DNA of 64,000 nt from NCBI GenBank assembly GCA_977017645.1, contig OZ360219.1, positions 160,146,001-160,210,000 of the forward strand, given 5' to 3'. The notes under the pieces were generated by a model that had not been told where the DNA came from, did not search any database, and saw only the letters and a list, made by a program, of their open reading frames with translations. The position numbers and the translations under genes were made by a program. Numbering within the stretch: the stretch's first letter is position 1; the number at the start of each line of letters is the position of its first letter. This stretch comes from Torpedo marmorata. Lineage: Eukaryota. Shown piece by piece: positions 23,201-32,400 of this stretch.

Positions 23201-24160
23201 AAGAAATTAATTTCGTCAGAAATGGATGAAAGTGAAGTATTAGAAGATGTTGCAAATAATACTGTTGATCATTCATGTGTAATTGAATCAAATACAGGAA
23301 TAAAACAAGTGACTGAAAACAAATCTGAATGTAGATTTTGTAGTTCAGAGATTACAACAGACAAAGCTAATGAAGAAATATTACAATGTGATGTAAAACT
23401 GGAAAACACAGAAAATTGTGCTGATGAAATAAAGAATAATGATTCAGAGAACAAAATGTTGAAAGGAGAATTGGAAATATTAAATAAGCAAGAAAACAGT
23501 AAACAGAAAGATTTAATTGTAAGTAAAACTCGCAAAGTTAGAAAGCGGAAGAAAAGAATAACTGCTGAAGAAATGAATACAGTTATTGAGGAAAGAGATT
23601 CAGCATTATCAAAATGTAAAAGGTTGGAGGAAGAGATTAATGTTTTGAAAGAGATCAAGTTATTGGTTAATAACACAAAACAGTTGACTTTTAAAACCAA
23701 TCAAGAATGTAAATTGAATGTTCAACAATTAACAATGCAGAAAGAATGTGAAATTGCATTGCAGAAATGTAACAAGCAAGACGAAGAAATTAAAAAATTT
23801 CAAGTATGCCGCAACAGGATTGACAATGGAACTATCAATGTATCGCATGATATTTTGACTTCAGATCAAATTATTAATTTCTCGGAAGGAGCTGAGACTG
23901 AATTGAAAGTTGCGAAATTGGATTTAGAATTGCAGGAAAGAGCAATAGAAACCAGAGTGGTTAAACAAACCTGTTTAAAATCGAAAGAATCAGATAAATA
24001 TTCAAATTCTAATTCTAAGAGTTTAAATTCTTCACATGAGAAGTGGAGTACTGAAGAAAGGAAAAAAGTGAAACGACGTGCTGAAGAAGTGCCTTGTGTT
24101 AAATTCAAAAGAAAAACTGTATCTATTTTGTCTGAGGAGGATTTGAGGTTTACTGGTTGA
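20204..24160 (+). CDS. Chimeric Gag-protease polyprotein: SAP domain, coiled-coil repeats, Pao-type capsid, three Zn knuckles, aspartic protease, MIPOL1-like coiled-coil tail
   Basis: Open frame 20162-24160; probable start aaaATGG at 20204 (upstream ATG at 20171). MKVADIKEELKR...SGNKKVLIERL (SAP); FDGDPLQY (Gag); CLFC..H..C, CFSC..H..C, CKIC..H...H; FLDPGS (protease); RITAEEM..IEERD.ALSKCKRLE (MIPOL1-like). No YxDD RT motif. Confidence 0.85.
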   Translation: MAAAATDTAATDLSAADAATADVAVEDQRIEDMKVADIKEELKRLNKDISGNKKVLIERLKLAKDEEAASLVEQEDNLEMAEIVSTNDEQFELDKEVSMKTTYELQDEIQASDSVSNAESRRSKRSSGSSSRVSRTSSSASSRTKVDVKLAALLAQQKTLKDKFILEQEEEQLRQNEEQLKEQLRQNEKQLKEQLRQKEEQLRRKEEQLKEQLKEQLRQKEEQLRRKEEQLKEQLKEQLRQEEEQLRQNEEQLKEQLRQNEKQLKEQLRQEKEQLKQRKELQELEANIAIAKAEKKAIEGSMVSGVSSKSSKLSDDKRSYLKKESQEKKPTKRIDILEPRIQNLHIQRQTFQEHIGIESHVPIITSESKAADWVRSNEAASLLYEPSIRNMEETTPVRFPDTLHTTRDSEQSNVLKSKERQNEIAASLFQLQSLSSLPKKEIQTFDGDPLQYQSFMRSFKRNIEDKCQDRDECLYYLEMFTKGHPKELVKSCNQMSSGRGLDKAKDLLEQYFGNKHRIALAYMDKALKWTSIKQNDVKALQEYTLFLRGCCNAMEEIDNIRELEVHSNMRIILEKLPYKLWDRWRDLACNLQVDYGRKTTLKDLVNFLERRVYVETDPLYGNARDNSMGKDVMKSNTQSSPKVKRSTFATNVQVISKENDKVNKEKESLPSEKSCLFCKGGHALEMCLQLEKKEHKEKIAFLKENGICFSCLCKGHISKNCEKRINCKICNLKHPRILHIHNRNKELEKEQTETKETTENNVITSVQTSGLTGAGVNNCKLSIVPVQVKAKKGDAIVKTYAFLDPGSTASFCTEGLMNKLNIQGRKSRIMLKTMGQEKVVETNIVSGLEVAGLDDKKFCDLPSVYTQKTMPVNEGNIPHQSDIHHLAYLWKVYLPEINSEIEMLIGSDVPKVLVPKEVIESKRNGPYAIRTILGWAINGPMERNNDIAQEQVAINVNKISVEKFEELKEEQKTVNKKIIYEEKKTDQCENKSVVFKTTLKKLISSEMDESEVLEDVANNTVDHSCVIESNTGIKQVTENKSECRFCSSEITTDKANEEILQCDVKLENTENCADEIKNNDSENKMLKGELEILNKQENSKQKDLIVSKTRKVRKRKKRITAEEMNTVIEERDSALSKCKRLEEEINVLKEIKLLVNNTKQLTFKTNQECKLNVQQLTMQKECEIALQKCNKQDEEIKKFQVCRNRIDNGTINVSHDILTSDQIINFSEGAETELKVAKLDLELQERAIETRVVKQTCLKSKESDKYSNSNSKSLNSSHEKWSTEERKKVKRRAEEVPCVKFKRKTVSILSEEDLRFTG

Positions 24161-24186
24161 CGTTTGACTCGGATTGTGAAGATAAA

Positions 24187-24379
24187 AGAACTTTAAAGAG
24201 ACATTGTGATTGTTATGGATGGTTCAACTTCAAGAAATTCCTGGTTACTTGGAAAAGATTATTGAGACTTTTCAAGACAAAGAGGACTTGTGCGTCAAGT
24301 GCGAATTAAAGCTAAGACTGGTTTTCTAAGCAGACCTATTAACCAGGTCTGCCTTTTGTTGGAGACAGAGGAACTTTGA
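24187..24379 (+). pseudogene. Remnant of the BEL integrase C-terminal domain (DUF5641-like)
   Basis: DIVIVMDGSTSRNSWLLG.IIETFQDK.GLVRQVRIKAKTGFLSRPINQVCLLLE, with frameshifts, after the ORF stop. Confidence 0.75.
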
Positions 24380-24576
24380 TAAATGTAAACTGACTTTATT
24401 TGTTGTTGTACATTTCACAGGTTACAGACTTTTGTTGAATCAGAGTTATGGTAAACTCTAGATTTATGAAGAAGGAAGAAAGAAGATTTGTATTGTTTTG
24501 AATGTTATGGTTATTATTATTTATAGTGTAATTATTATTCAAGACATTACGTCTAATTATAATAATTAGGGGCCGG

Positions 24577-25258
24577 TGTAAGAGCCGTAGGCTCATTGAC
24601 TTACCGTTGTTGCGGCGCTCCGATGTCTCGTTGGGCCTTGGAGCGCTCGCGTAGTTCGGTAGGCCGTCCTCGGAGCGCTCCTAGGCCACGTCGGGCCATT
24701 GAGCGCTCGCGTTGTTCACTGGGCCGTCCTCTGAGCGCTCCGAGGCCACGTCGGGCCTTGGAGCGCTTGCGTTGTTCTGTGGGCCGTCGTCGGCCCGTTC
24801 TTTGATATGCGCATGCGCGGGAGTGCCGACGGGCGCATGCGCAGTATAGAGTGACGTCATAGTGCGCGTGGGAGGCTGGGAATTGTAGTATGCGCGTTGG
24901 AGCATGCGCAGAAGCATTGGAGAGAGAGAACAAAGAAAGGATAGAGATGTATAGGGGGTGAGTCTGGTCTCCACATCTTTATTGACCGTTTTATACCGTT
25001 TTATAACTTTTAACATCATCTACAGTGTTTCATATCGTTTTGGAATTGTTTAAAGAATAATTTAAAGGAACTTATCATACATCGTTTACAAGAACTGTTT
25101 ATATTAAAGTCATTGAAGATTACTGCAAGACATGTGTGAAAATAAAGGTTTTTGAACATATTGGACTTTGTCAGTAAATTAAATAAAACGCGTCAAAAGC
25201 AAGAACCACACTTAGCCTCCAGGTGACTATTGGTGGAGCGAAGTCACCGTTACTTATA
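24577..25258 (+). repeat. 3' LTR of BEL copy 1
   Basis: Direct repeat of 19076-19757 (offset 5501), followed by TSD TCTTT. Confidence 0.92.
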
Positions 25259-25704
25259 TCTTTCCTTTTAATTAACATTTTTATACTCTATTTTCTTTTT
25301 TTATTAGATAGCGTGGGAGGGTTGGGGAGGGGAGGGTGGGAAGGGGGGGTAGTAAATATATCACATGTATTTTCAATAATATATTATTTTTTTGATATAT
25401 GTATTTTGTGATTTTAAAAATTAAATAAAATTATAAAAAAAAAAAAAACAAAAAAAAAAAACCACTGTATTCTATCACATCTTACAAATATAAATTAGTT
25501 CATAACCAAAAAACTGTGAGCTCAGGGGTTTGTTGCAACTTACCTTCATTCACTTTACAAGTCACTCAGCTATATGACAATCTTCAAATATATCATCATT
25601 TCGCACATACTTTTTAATCATATGCTTGCCTTTCATAAATCACTGTTGAGGCATCTCTAGTCTTGAGTCTCTGTTGGGCACGGTCAGCAAAAAAATACTT
25701 TGTA

Positions 25705-26666
25705 CAGTAAAATCCCTATTATCCGGCACTCAATCAACTGACAACCGGCAAAAAAAAATTGAGAAAATAAATATTTTTTTTAACAAATTAAATAAGAATA
25801 AATAAAGTTTTAAATAAAATTTTAAATCTTTTTTTATTTTATTTTTTTAGACATACAGCACTGTAACAGGCCATTTCGGCCCATGAGTCCGTTCCGCCCA
25901 ATTTACACCCAATTAACCTACACCCCCAGTACGTTTCGAATGGTTGGAGGAAACCGGCGCTCCCAGGGAAAACTCACGCAGACACAGGGAGAACGTACAA
26001 ACTCCTTACAGACAGCGTGGGATTCGAACCACGGTCCCGATCACTGGCACTGTAAAGGCGCCAACCGTGCCGCCCAATGCCATTGTAAATTGTAAAAGTA
26101 AATGTTCTCTGAAGCAACACACAGCCCCTTGGAAGCAAACATTTAACCAGCGGAGCACCCCGGTCGTGCCCCGCCTGCAGCAGCTGTTTGAATAAGTCTC
26201 AATAAAGTTGTGTTTGAATAAAATGGTGTCACCCAGGATGAAGAGCAGGCCGATGCCGTTCGGCGCTGGGGCTACTCTTCCAAAGTGTCTCCCTATCCCT
26301 GCCTAGTAAGAGTCTTTATTAGTATATTACTAAGCATATTAGTAAGGCTTTATCTGTAAACTTGGGGGAGGGGGGGTTAATTATGACGACGTCACTGTTA
26401 GCGTAGTGGCTAGCGCAACACTGTTACAGCGCCAGCGACCAGGGTTCGAATTTAAATTTAAATTCTGTTACGGGAATTACTTGATTAAAGTAAACTTTAC
26501 ATAATTAAAGACTACAATACTTTTTTTTTCAAATTACTTTACATTTTGCACTGTTTTAAACAGTGTATTCTTAATGCAAAGGTATTGTGCGTCTCAGTCA
26601 ACCGGAAAATTCGCATTTCCAGGCATCCGCGATTCCTGTAGGTGCCGGATAACGGGGATTTTACTG
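25705..26666. mobile_element. Tc1/mariner Tigger-like non-autonomous DNA transposon containing tRNA-SINE pieces
   Basis: TIRs CAGTAAAATCCC..TTATCCGGCAC / GTGCCGGATAA..GGGATTTTACTG; TA TSD. Confidence 0.75.
25826..26080 (-). mobile_element. tRNA-derived SINE
   Basis: Minus-strand box B (GGTTCGAATCC), the family core GGAGTTTGTACGTTCTCCC and an A-rich tail. Confidence 0.7.
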
Positions 26667-27002
26667 TATTTGCAACTCTGATGTTTGATCCTTTTTTGAC
26701 CAAAACAGCATTTGCAATAATAATTTTAACCCTCTCTTTCCTGAGTGATCCTCGACCACAGCAACATTCTGCCAGTCCTAATCAGTTATCAATACATATT
26801 GTCAATGGGTCCATGAGTCAATCTGATGACATCGGGTTTATTCTGATTCTGCCTTATTCTGCCTCATTCTTCATCTACGTGCTGCTTTTCTGGAATATCA
26901 TCAGTACTTGCTTATTAATCACAGCTAACATCCTGTATGGCACTTTACCAAGTAATAGACAGAGGTAATATTTCTGTAATGTAACAACAACAAGAGGAAG
27001 TA

Positions 27003-27615
27003 TTGTATAAAGCAGCCCAATTAAAATTTATTAATGAAATGTTTGATTTAGGAAAATTTTCTGCTTGGATTAGAATAGAATTAAATAATATAGGAGAAGA
27101 TTTGAAAGAAGAAGTTATTTATAAATGGAATTCTAAATTATTATTAGCAAGGGGGAAAAACTCTCCTATTTTTAAACATTTGTTAGAAATATGGAATAGA
27201 GTGGATAGGGAAATAGGAGGGAAAGGGTTGATTTCTCGAAAAATGCCTCTGTATCAAAATAAACTTATTCCATTTACTGTTGATAATCAATTATTTAAAA
27301 TTTGGTTCCAAAATGGAATTAAGAAAACAAATGATTGTTTTGAAGCTAGTAAATTTATTACTTTTCAAAGAATGAAAGATAAGTTTAATGTATCAAATAA
27401 TACACTTTTTGCTTATTATCAAATCAGAGCATTTTTAGTTGAAAGGTTGGGCTATAGTTTGACTTTACCAAGACAGAGTGAATTGGAATTATTAGTTACT
27501 AATGGAGGTGTAAATAAATTTCTCTCTCAAATGTATAGATTGTTACAAAGGAAAATGCCTAAATTAGGAATTCATAAATCAAGATTAAATTGGGAATCAG
27601 ATTTGAATGTAACAA
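27003..27615 (+). mobile_element. L1 ORF2 internal fragment
   Basis: YKAAQLKFINE...HKSRLNWESDL, homologous to the C-terminal third of 15163-18948. Confidence 0.85.
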
Positions 27616-27865
27616 TATTTTATTTAAAATTTTTAAATCACAGAATACATAGTATAAAATGCAAAATTATCAAAATATATGTGATACATTTTCACCCCCC
27701 CTCCTTCCCTCCCCTCCCTAACCTTCCCACCCCTACTAATCTACTAAAATAGAAAAGAAAGAAAGAAAGAAAGAAAAAATAGAGTAAGGAGAATGTCAAT
27801 CGAAAAAAGAACAACTATAAGCTGATTTTATTGTGGAAGATAGGTTCGCCAGTCAGATCTGATAC
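27616..27865 (-). mobile_element. Inverted L1 3' UTR fragment
   Basis: Reverse complement of the L1 3' UTR seen at ~47260-47500 (tatcagatctgactggcgaacctatcttccac...). Confidence 0.8.
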
Positions 27866-30570
27866 CTTTTTCAATGAGGGAAGTTAATGAAGTTCTTACT
27901 TCGCTAAAGAGTGGTAAATCTCCAGGTGATGATGGATTTCCATCAGAATTTTATAAAGAGTTTAAAGATTTATTAATACCTCCATATATGGAGGTACTGA
28001 ATCAAATTACGGAAACTCACTCTTTACCAGATACTTTTTTAAATGCAATAATTACAGTTATACCAAAGAAAGATAGAGATGTATTGAAAACTGAATCTTA
28101 TAGACCTATTTCATTATTAAATGTAGATTACAACATAATGGCAAAGATTTTAGCAAATAGAATGGCTAGTTATTTACCAGACTTAATTCATGTAGATCAA
28201 GCTGGTTTTATTAAAAATAGATATTCAAAAGATAATATAGCTAGATTGATTAGTTTAATCAATTTACACAAAAAGAAGGAAGATTTACCATTAGTTTTAA
28301 CTTTAGATGCTGAAAAGGCTTTTGATAGATTAGAGTGGAATTTTTTATTTAAGGTATTGGAGAAATTTGGTTTTGGAAATACATTTATTAATTGGATTAA
28401 AACTATATATAAAGAACCATCAGCTAAAGTAGTTACAAATGGACAAACTTCTTCAAAATTTCCTTTGACTCGATCTACTAGACAAGGATGTCCTTTATCA
28501 CCAGCATTATTTATTTTGGCAATAGAACCCTTGGCAGAATTAGTTAGAAAAGATCCGAAAATAGTAGGTATTAAAGTTGGATTGGAAGAACATAAAATTA
28601 GTTTGTTTGCAGATGATGTATTGATATATATGACAAAATCTACTACATCCTTAGTACAATTGTCTCTGTTATTGAGAGAATATGGGGAAATATCTGGATA
28701 TAAGATTAACTCTGATAAAAGTGAAATTATGGCATTATCACAAGGGGATTATAGTAGATGTAAAGAAATCACATAATTTAAATGGGCAAAGGAAGGAATT
28801 AAATATTTTGGAATAAGGGTCGATACAAAATTGACTAATATATATAAATTAAATTATCTACCATTATTTGTGAAAATAAAGAAAGATTTAGAAAATTGGA
28901 AAGATTTACCTATAACTTTAATGGGAAGAGTAAACTGTATTAAAATGAATGTCTTTCCAAGAATTCAATATCTTTTTCAATCAATTCCTTATGGAATTCC
29001 TCAAAATTTTTAAAAAGATTTAAATTCAATTATTAGAAATTTTTATGGAAAGGAAAGTTAGCAAGAGTAGGTATGGAAAAATTAACTTGCAATTATGAAA
29101 TGGGTGGTTTACAACTTCTTAATTTCCAAAATTATTATAAAGCAGCTCAACTAAAATTTATTAATGAATTTTTTGATTCAACTAAATCTTCTGCTTGGAT
29201 TAAAATAGAATTAAATAATATAGGAGAAGATTCCAAAGAAGAAATTATTTATAAATGGGATTCTAAATTAATATCAACAAGAAAGAAAAATTCACCTATT
29301 TTAAAACATTTGTTAGAAATATGGAATAAGACGGATAAGGAAATAGGAGGAAAAGGATTGATTTCTTCAAGGATGCCTTTATATCAAAATGGACTTATTC
29401 CATTTACTATTAATAATCAATTATTTAAAATTTGGTTTCAAAAAGGAATTAAGAAGATTAATGACTGTTTTGAAGCTGGGAAATGTATTACTTTTCAAAG
29501 AATGAAAGATAAATTTAATATATTAGATAATACACTTTTTGCTTGTTATCAAATTAGAGCTTTTTTGATTGAGAAATTAGGTTATGCTTTGATTTTACCA
29601 AGACAAAATGAATTAGAATTATTAGTTACTAATGGAGATGTTAATAAATTTATTTCTCAAATGTATAAATTGTTTCAGAGGAAAATGCCTAAAGTAGGAT
29701 TGCATAAATCAAGATTAAAATGGGAATTAGATTTGAATGTAAGAATAGATGAAAATCATTGGAAAGAATTATCTAAATTAAGTATGACGAAGATTATTAA
29801 TGTTAGATATAGATTAGTACAATACAATTTTTTTCATCAATTATATTTAACACCTAAAAAATTAAAGAAATTTAATCCGACATTATCAGGTTTATGTTTT
29901 AGATGTAATAAAGAAGAAGGATCTTTTGTACATTCTACATGGTTTTGTCCAAAAGTTTATGATTTTTGGTTGAAAGTTAAAAGTTTTTTAGATAAAGTAT
30001 TTAAAATTACGTTTCCAATGGATCCTATGATATTTTTGTTTGGAGATATTAGAAAATTTAGTATTAAGATGAAATTAAATATGTATCAAATAGAATTTTT
30101 GCGAATTGCTTTAGCTGTTTCAAAGAAATGCATTGCTATTACTTGGAAATCAGATTTAGATTTAGGATTAGAAAGATGGCATGCAGAACTTCGTTCGTGT
30201 ATACCACTTGAAAAAATTACTTAGAATTTACGTAACAAATATCATTTTTTCTTAAAAATTTGGAGCCCATATATGAGAGCCGTTGGCTTAAGAATTTGAA
30301 GATCTCTGGGTATTGGGTCTACTGGCATATTTGACCTCCATAATAGAAGTAGTTTATAGATTGGCATTCCCCTAACTCTATCCTTTTCTTTCTTTCTTTT
30401 TCTTCTTTTTCTATTTTTATTTTATATTTTTATTAGATTAGCGGGGTTGGGAGGGTTGGGGAGGGGAGGGAGGGAGGGGGGGTGAAAATGTATCACAAAC
30501 AATTTCATAATTTTATATTTTACTTTATGTATTTTGTGATTTAAAAATTTTAAATAAAATATTTAAAAAA
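27866..30570 (+). mobile_element. 5'-truncated L1 (RT through 3' UTR) with stops and frameshifts
   Basis: KSPGDDG, YRPISLLN, QGCPLSP, FADD, CFRC; G-rich 3' UTR, AATAAA and A-tail at ~30553-30570. Confidence 0.9.
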
Positions 30571-30574
30571 ACCT

Positions 30575-31395
30575 TCTTGGTCACATCTTCAAAAAACTCA
30601 AATTAGTGAGTTACGACCTCCCACTTACACAACCGTGCTGACTATTCCTAATCATTCAAGTGCATCTACATTTTCTCCTTCAAAATACTCTCCAGTAACT
30701 TACCAACCACAGTTGTTCAGCTCACCAGCCTATATTTACCAGCCTATATTTACCAGGTACCCCAATTCCAAATTTTAATTTGTGCTCCCACCCTGTCTCT
30801 CTCCATAACTACCTTAAACCTAATAGAGCAAAGGTCACTCGTCCCCAAATGTTCATCCACAATCACTTCATCCACTTCTCCTTCCTAATTCCCCAAGACT
30901 AGATCAAGAGTTGCTCTCTCCCATGTGGGATTTAAATATTGCGCGAGACAACTTTCTTGAACACATTTGACAAATTCCATCCTGCTTAAACCTTTCACAC
31001 TATGACTTTTCCAGTCAATATTTGGAAAATCAAAATCCCCAACTATGACCACCTTATTTTACCTATAGCTGGCAGCTATCTCCTAGAATATTTTCTCAAC
31101 CAATTCACATTGACTACTGGTGGGCCGCCTGTAGTACACTTCTGACAAGGTGATGATGTATTTTTTGTCCTCAGATCCACTCATGTAGCCCTCACTAGCC
31201 AACCCATCTGTAATGTCACCTCCAACCAATGCTGTGACATCCTCGACCTAAACCAATAATTCAACATCCCTCCTCATTTACTCCCACTTCTGTCTTTCCT
31301 GATGCATCTGTTCCCTGGAATGTTGAGCTTCCAGTCCTGCCCCTCTCTTAACCAGGTTTTCGTAATAGCTACAATATCTCAGTCATGTGTTTATC
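30575..31395 (-). mobile_element. Old degenerate CR1 fragment (endonuclease region)
   Basis: Minus strand reads VIVGDF (near 31030-31050) and a YRRP-like motif (near 31120-31135). Confidence 0.45.
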
Positions 31396-31397
31396 CA

Positions 31398-31615
31398 TGC
31401 GGTACGGTTGGCGTAGCGGTAAGCGCAACCCCGTTACAGTGCCAGCGATCGGGACCGGGGTTCGAATCACGCGCTGTAAGGAGTTTGTACGTTCTCCCCG
31501 TGTCTGCGTGGGTTTTCCCCAGGGGCTCCGGTTTCCTCCCACCATTCGAAATATACCGGGGATGTAGGTTAATTGGGCGGCACGGGCTCGTGGGCCGATA
31601 TGGCCTGTTACTGTG
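31398..31615 (+). mobile_element. tRNA-derived SINE
   Basis: Box A TGGCGTAGCGG, box B GGTTCGAATC, core GGAGTTTGTACGTTCTCCCCG...CTCCGGTTTCCTCCC. Confidence 0.8.
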
Positions 31616-32097
31616 ATGTTTGTCTAAAAACGTTCATCTGCCTTACCTGACAATCCTCTCGCATTAAAATAGGTGCAATTTAAACCACAGTCCTTCCTCA
31701 CTCCCTGCCTACTAAACTTTCTCTCACCTTACATTCCTACTTCTATCCTCTCACTTGCCTCTGCCCTGCAAAGGATCCCACCCCCCTGCAAATCTAATTT
31801 AACCCACCTATGCAGCACTAGCAAACCTGCCTTCCAGGATGTTGGTCCAAAGAGATTGAGTTGAAAAGTAACGTGCTGTGGATGGATGGGAACTAGTGGA
31901 TTCACTGTGTTTAAATTTCCAGAGGTAATGGACAAAGTTTCTTCTTGCAGGAGAATCTAGAACAAGGATTATTGTTAAAAATATGAGTTTGCCTACTTAA
32001 GACAGACGAGAGGTGTTTCTTTTTCAAAGGGCTGCAAGCCTTTTGAAACCTTGTCCTCAAAGGGCAATGGAAGCACAGTCTGAATATCTTTAATTGA

Positions 32098-32400
32098 AAA
32101 CACACAGAAATGCTGGAGGAACTCAGCCGGTCTTGCCGCGTCCATAGGAGACAAAGATATATTACTGATATAAGCAAAGAACAGGAAGGCATCAGAATAA
32201 AGACTGAAGAATAGCAGGGGGAGGAGTTCAGATCAAAGGTGGTGTTAATTGGATATGATGAGGAGAGGTGAAAATTGATTTAGGCTCTGTGAAAGGAGAC
32301 AGAGGGAAAAGGTGGGGGGGGGGGGAAACGAGAGAGAGAGAGAGAGAGAAAAAGCCGACAGGGGGAAGAAGAAAGCGGGGCGGGGGGGGGGGGGGTTCCG
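32098..32400 (-). mobile_element. Penelope-like terminal fragment
   Basis: aaatgctggaggaactcagc start followed by a purine-rich tract, as in the Penelope terminus at 49570-49850. Confidence 0.5.

Larger units (their letters stand above)
19076..25258 (+). mobile_element. Non-autonomous BEL/Pao LTR retrotransposon, copy 1
   Basis: 682-bp direct LTRs at 19076-19757 and 24577-25258; 5-bp TSD TCTTT; PPT-like AATTAGGGGCCGG before the 3' LTR; Pao-type Gag and protease. Confidence 0.92.
15008..25462 (+). mobile_element. 5'-truncated L1 (LINE-1) with complete ORF2; 3' UTR interrupted by a BEL element
   Basis: 14-bp TSD CACTGTATTCTATC at 14994-15007 and 25463-25476; G-rich tract, AATAAA and poly(A) at ~25420-25461. 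Confidence 0.9.

Noticed and set aside
23440-23975. The genuine MIPOL1 locus
   Set aside because: Partial, rearranged, intronless, enclosed by LTRs and present twice; at most a transduced fragment.
23100-24160. C-terminal extension of the BEL ORF as an envelope (env) gene
   Set aside because: No signal peptide, hydrophobic transmembrane segment or fusion peptide; it is hydrophilic coiled coil with MIPOL1-like motifs.
31398-31475. tRNA genes at SINE heads (also 26390-26450 and 51426-51730)
   Set aside because: Box A/B are present but run into SINE sequence; no convincing cloverleaf.
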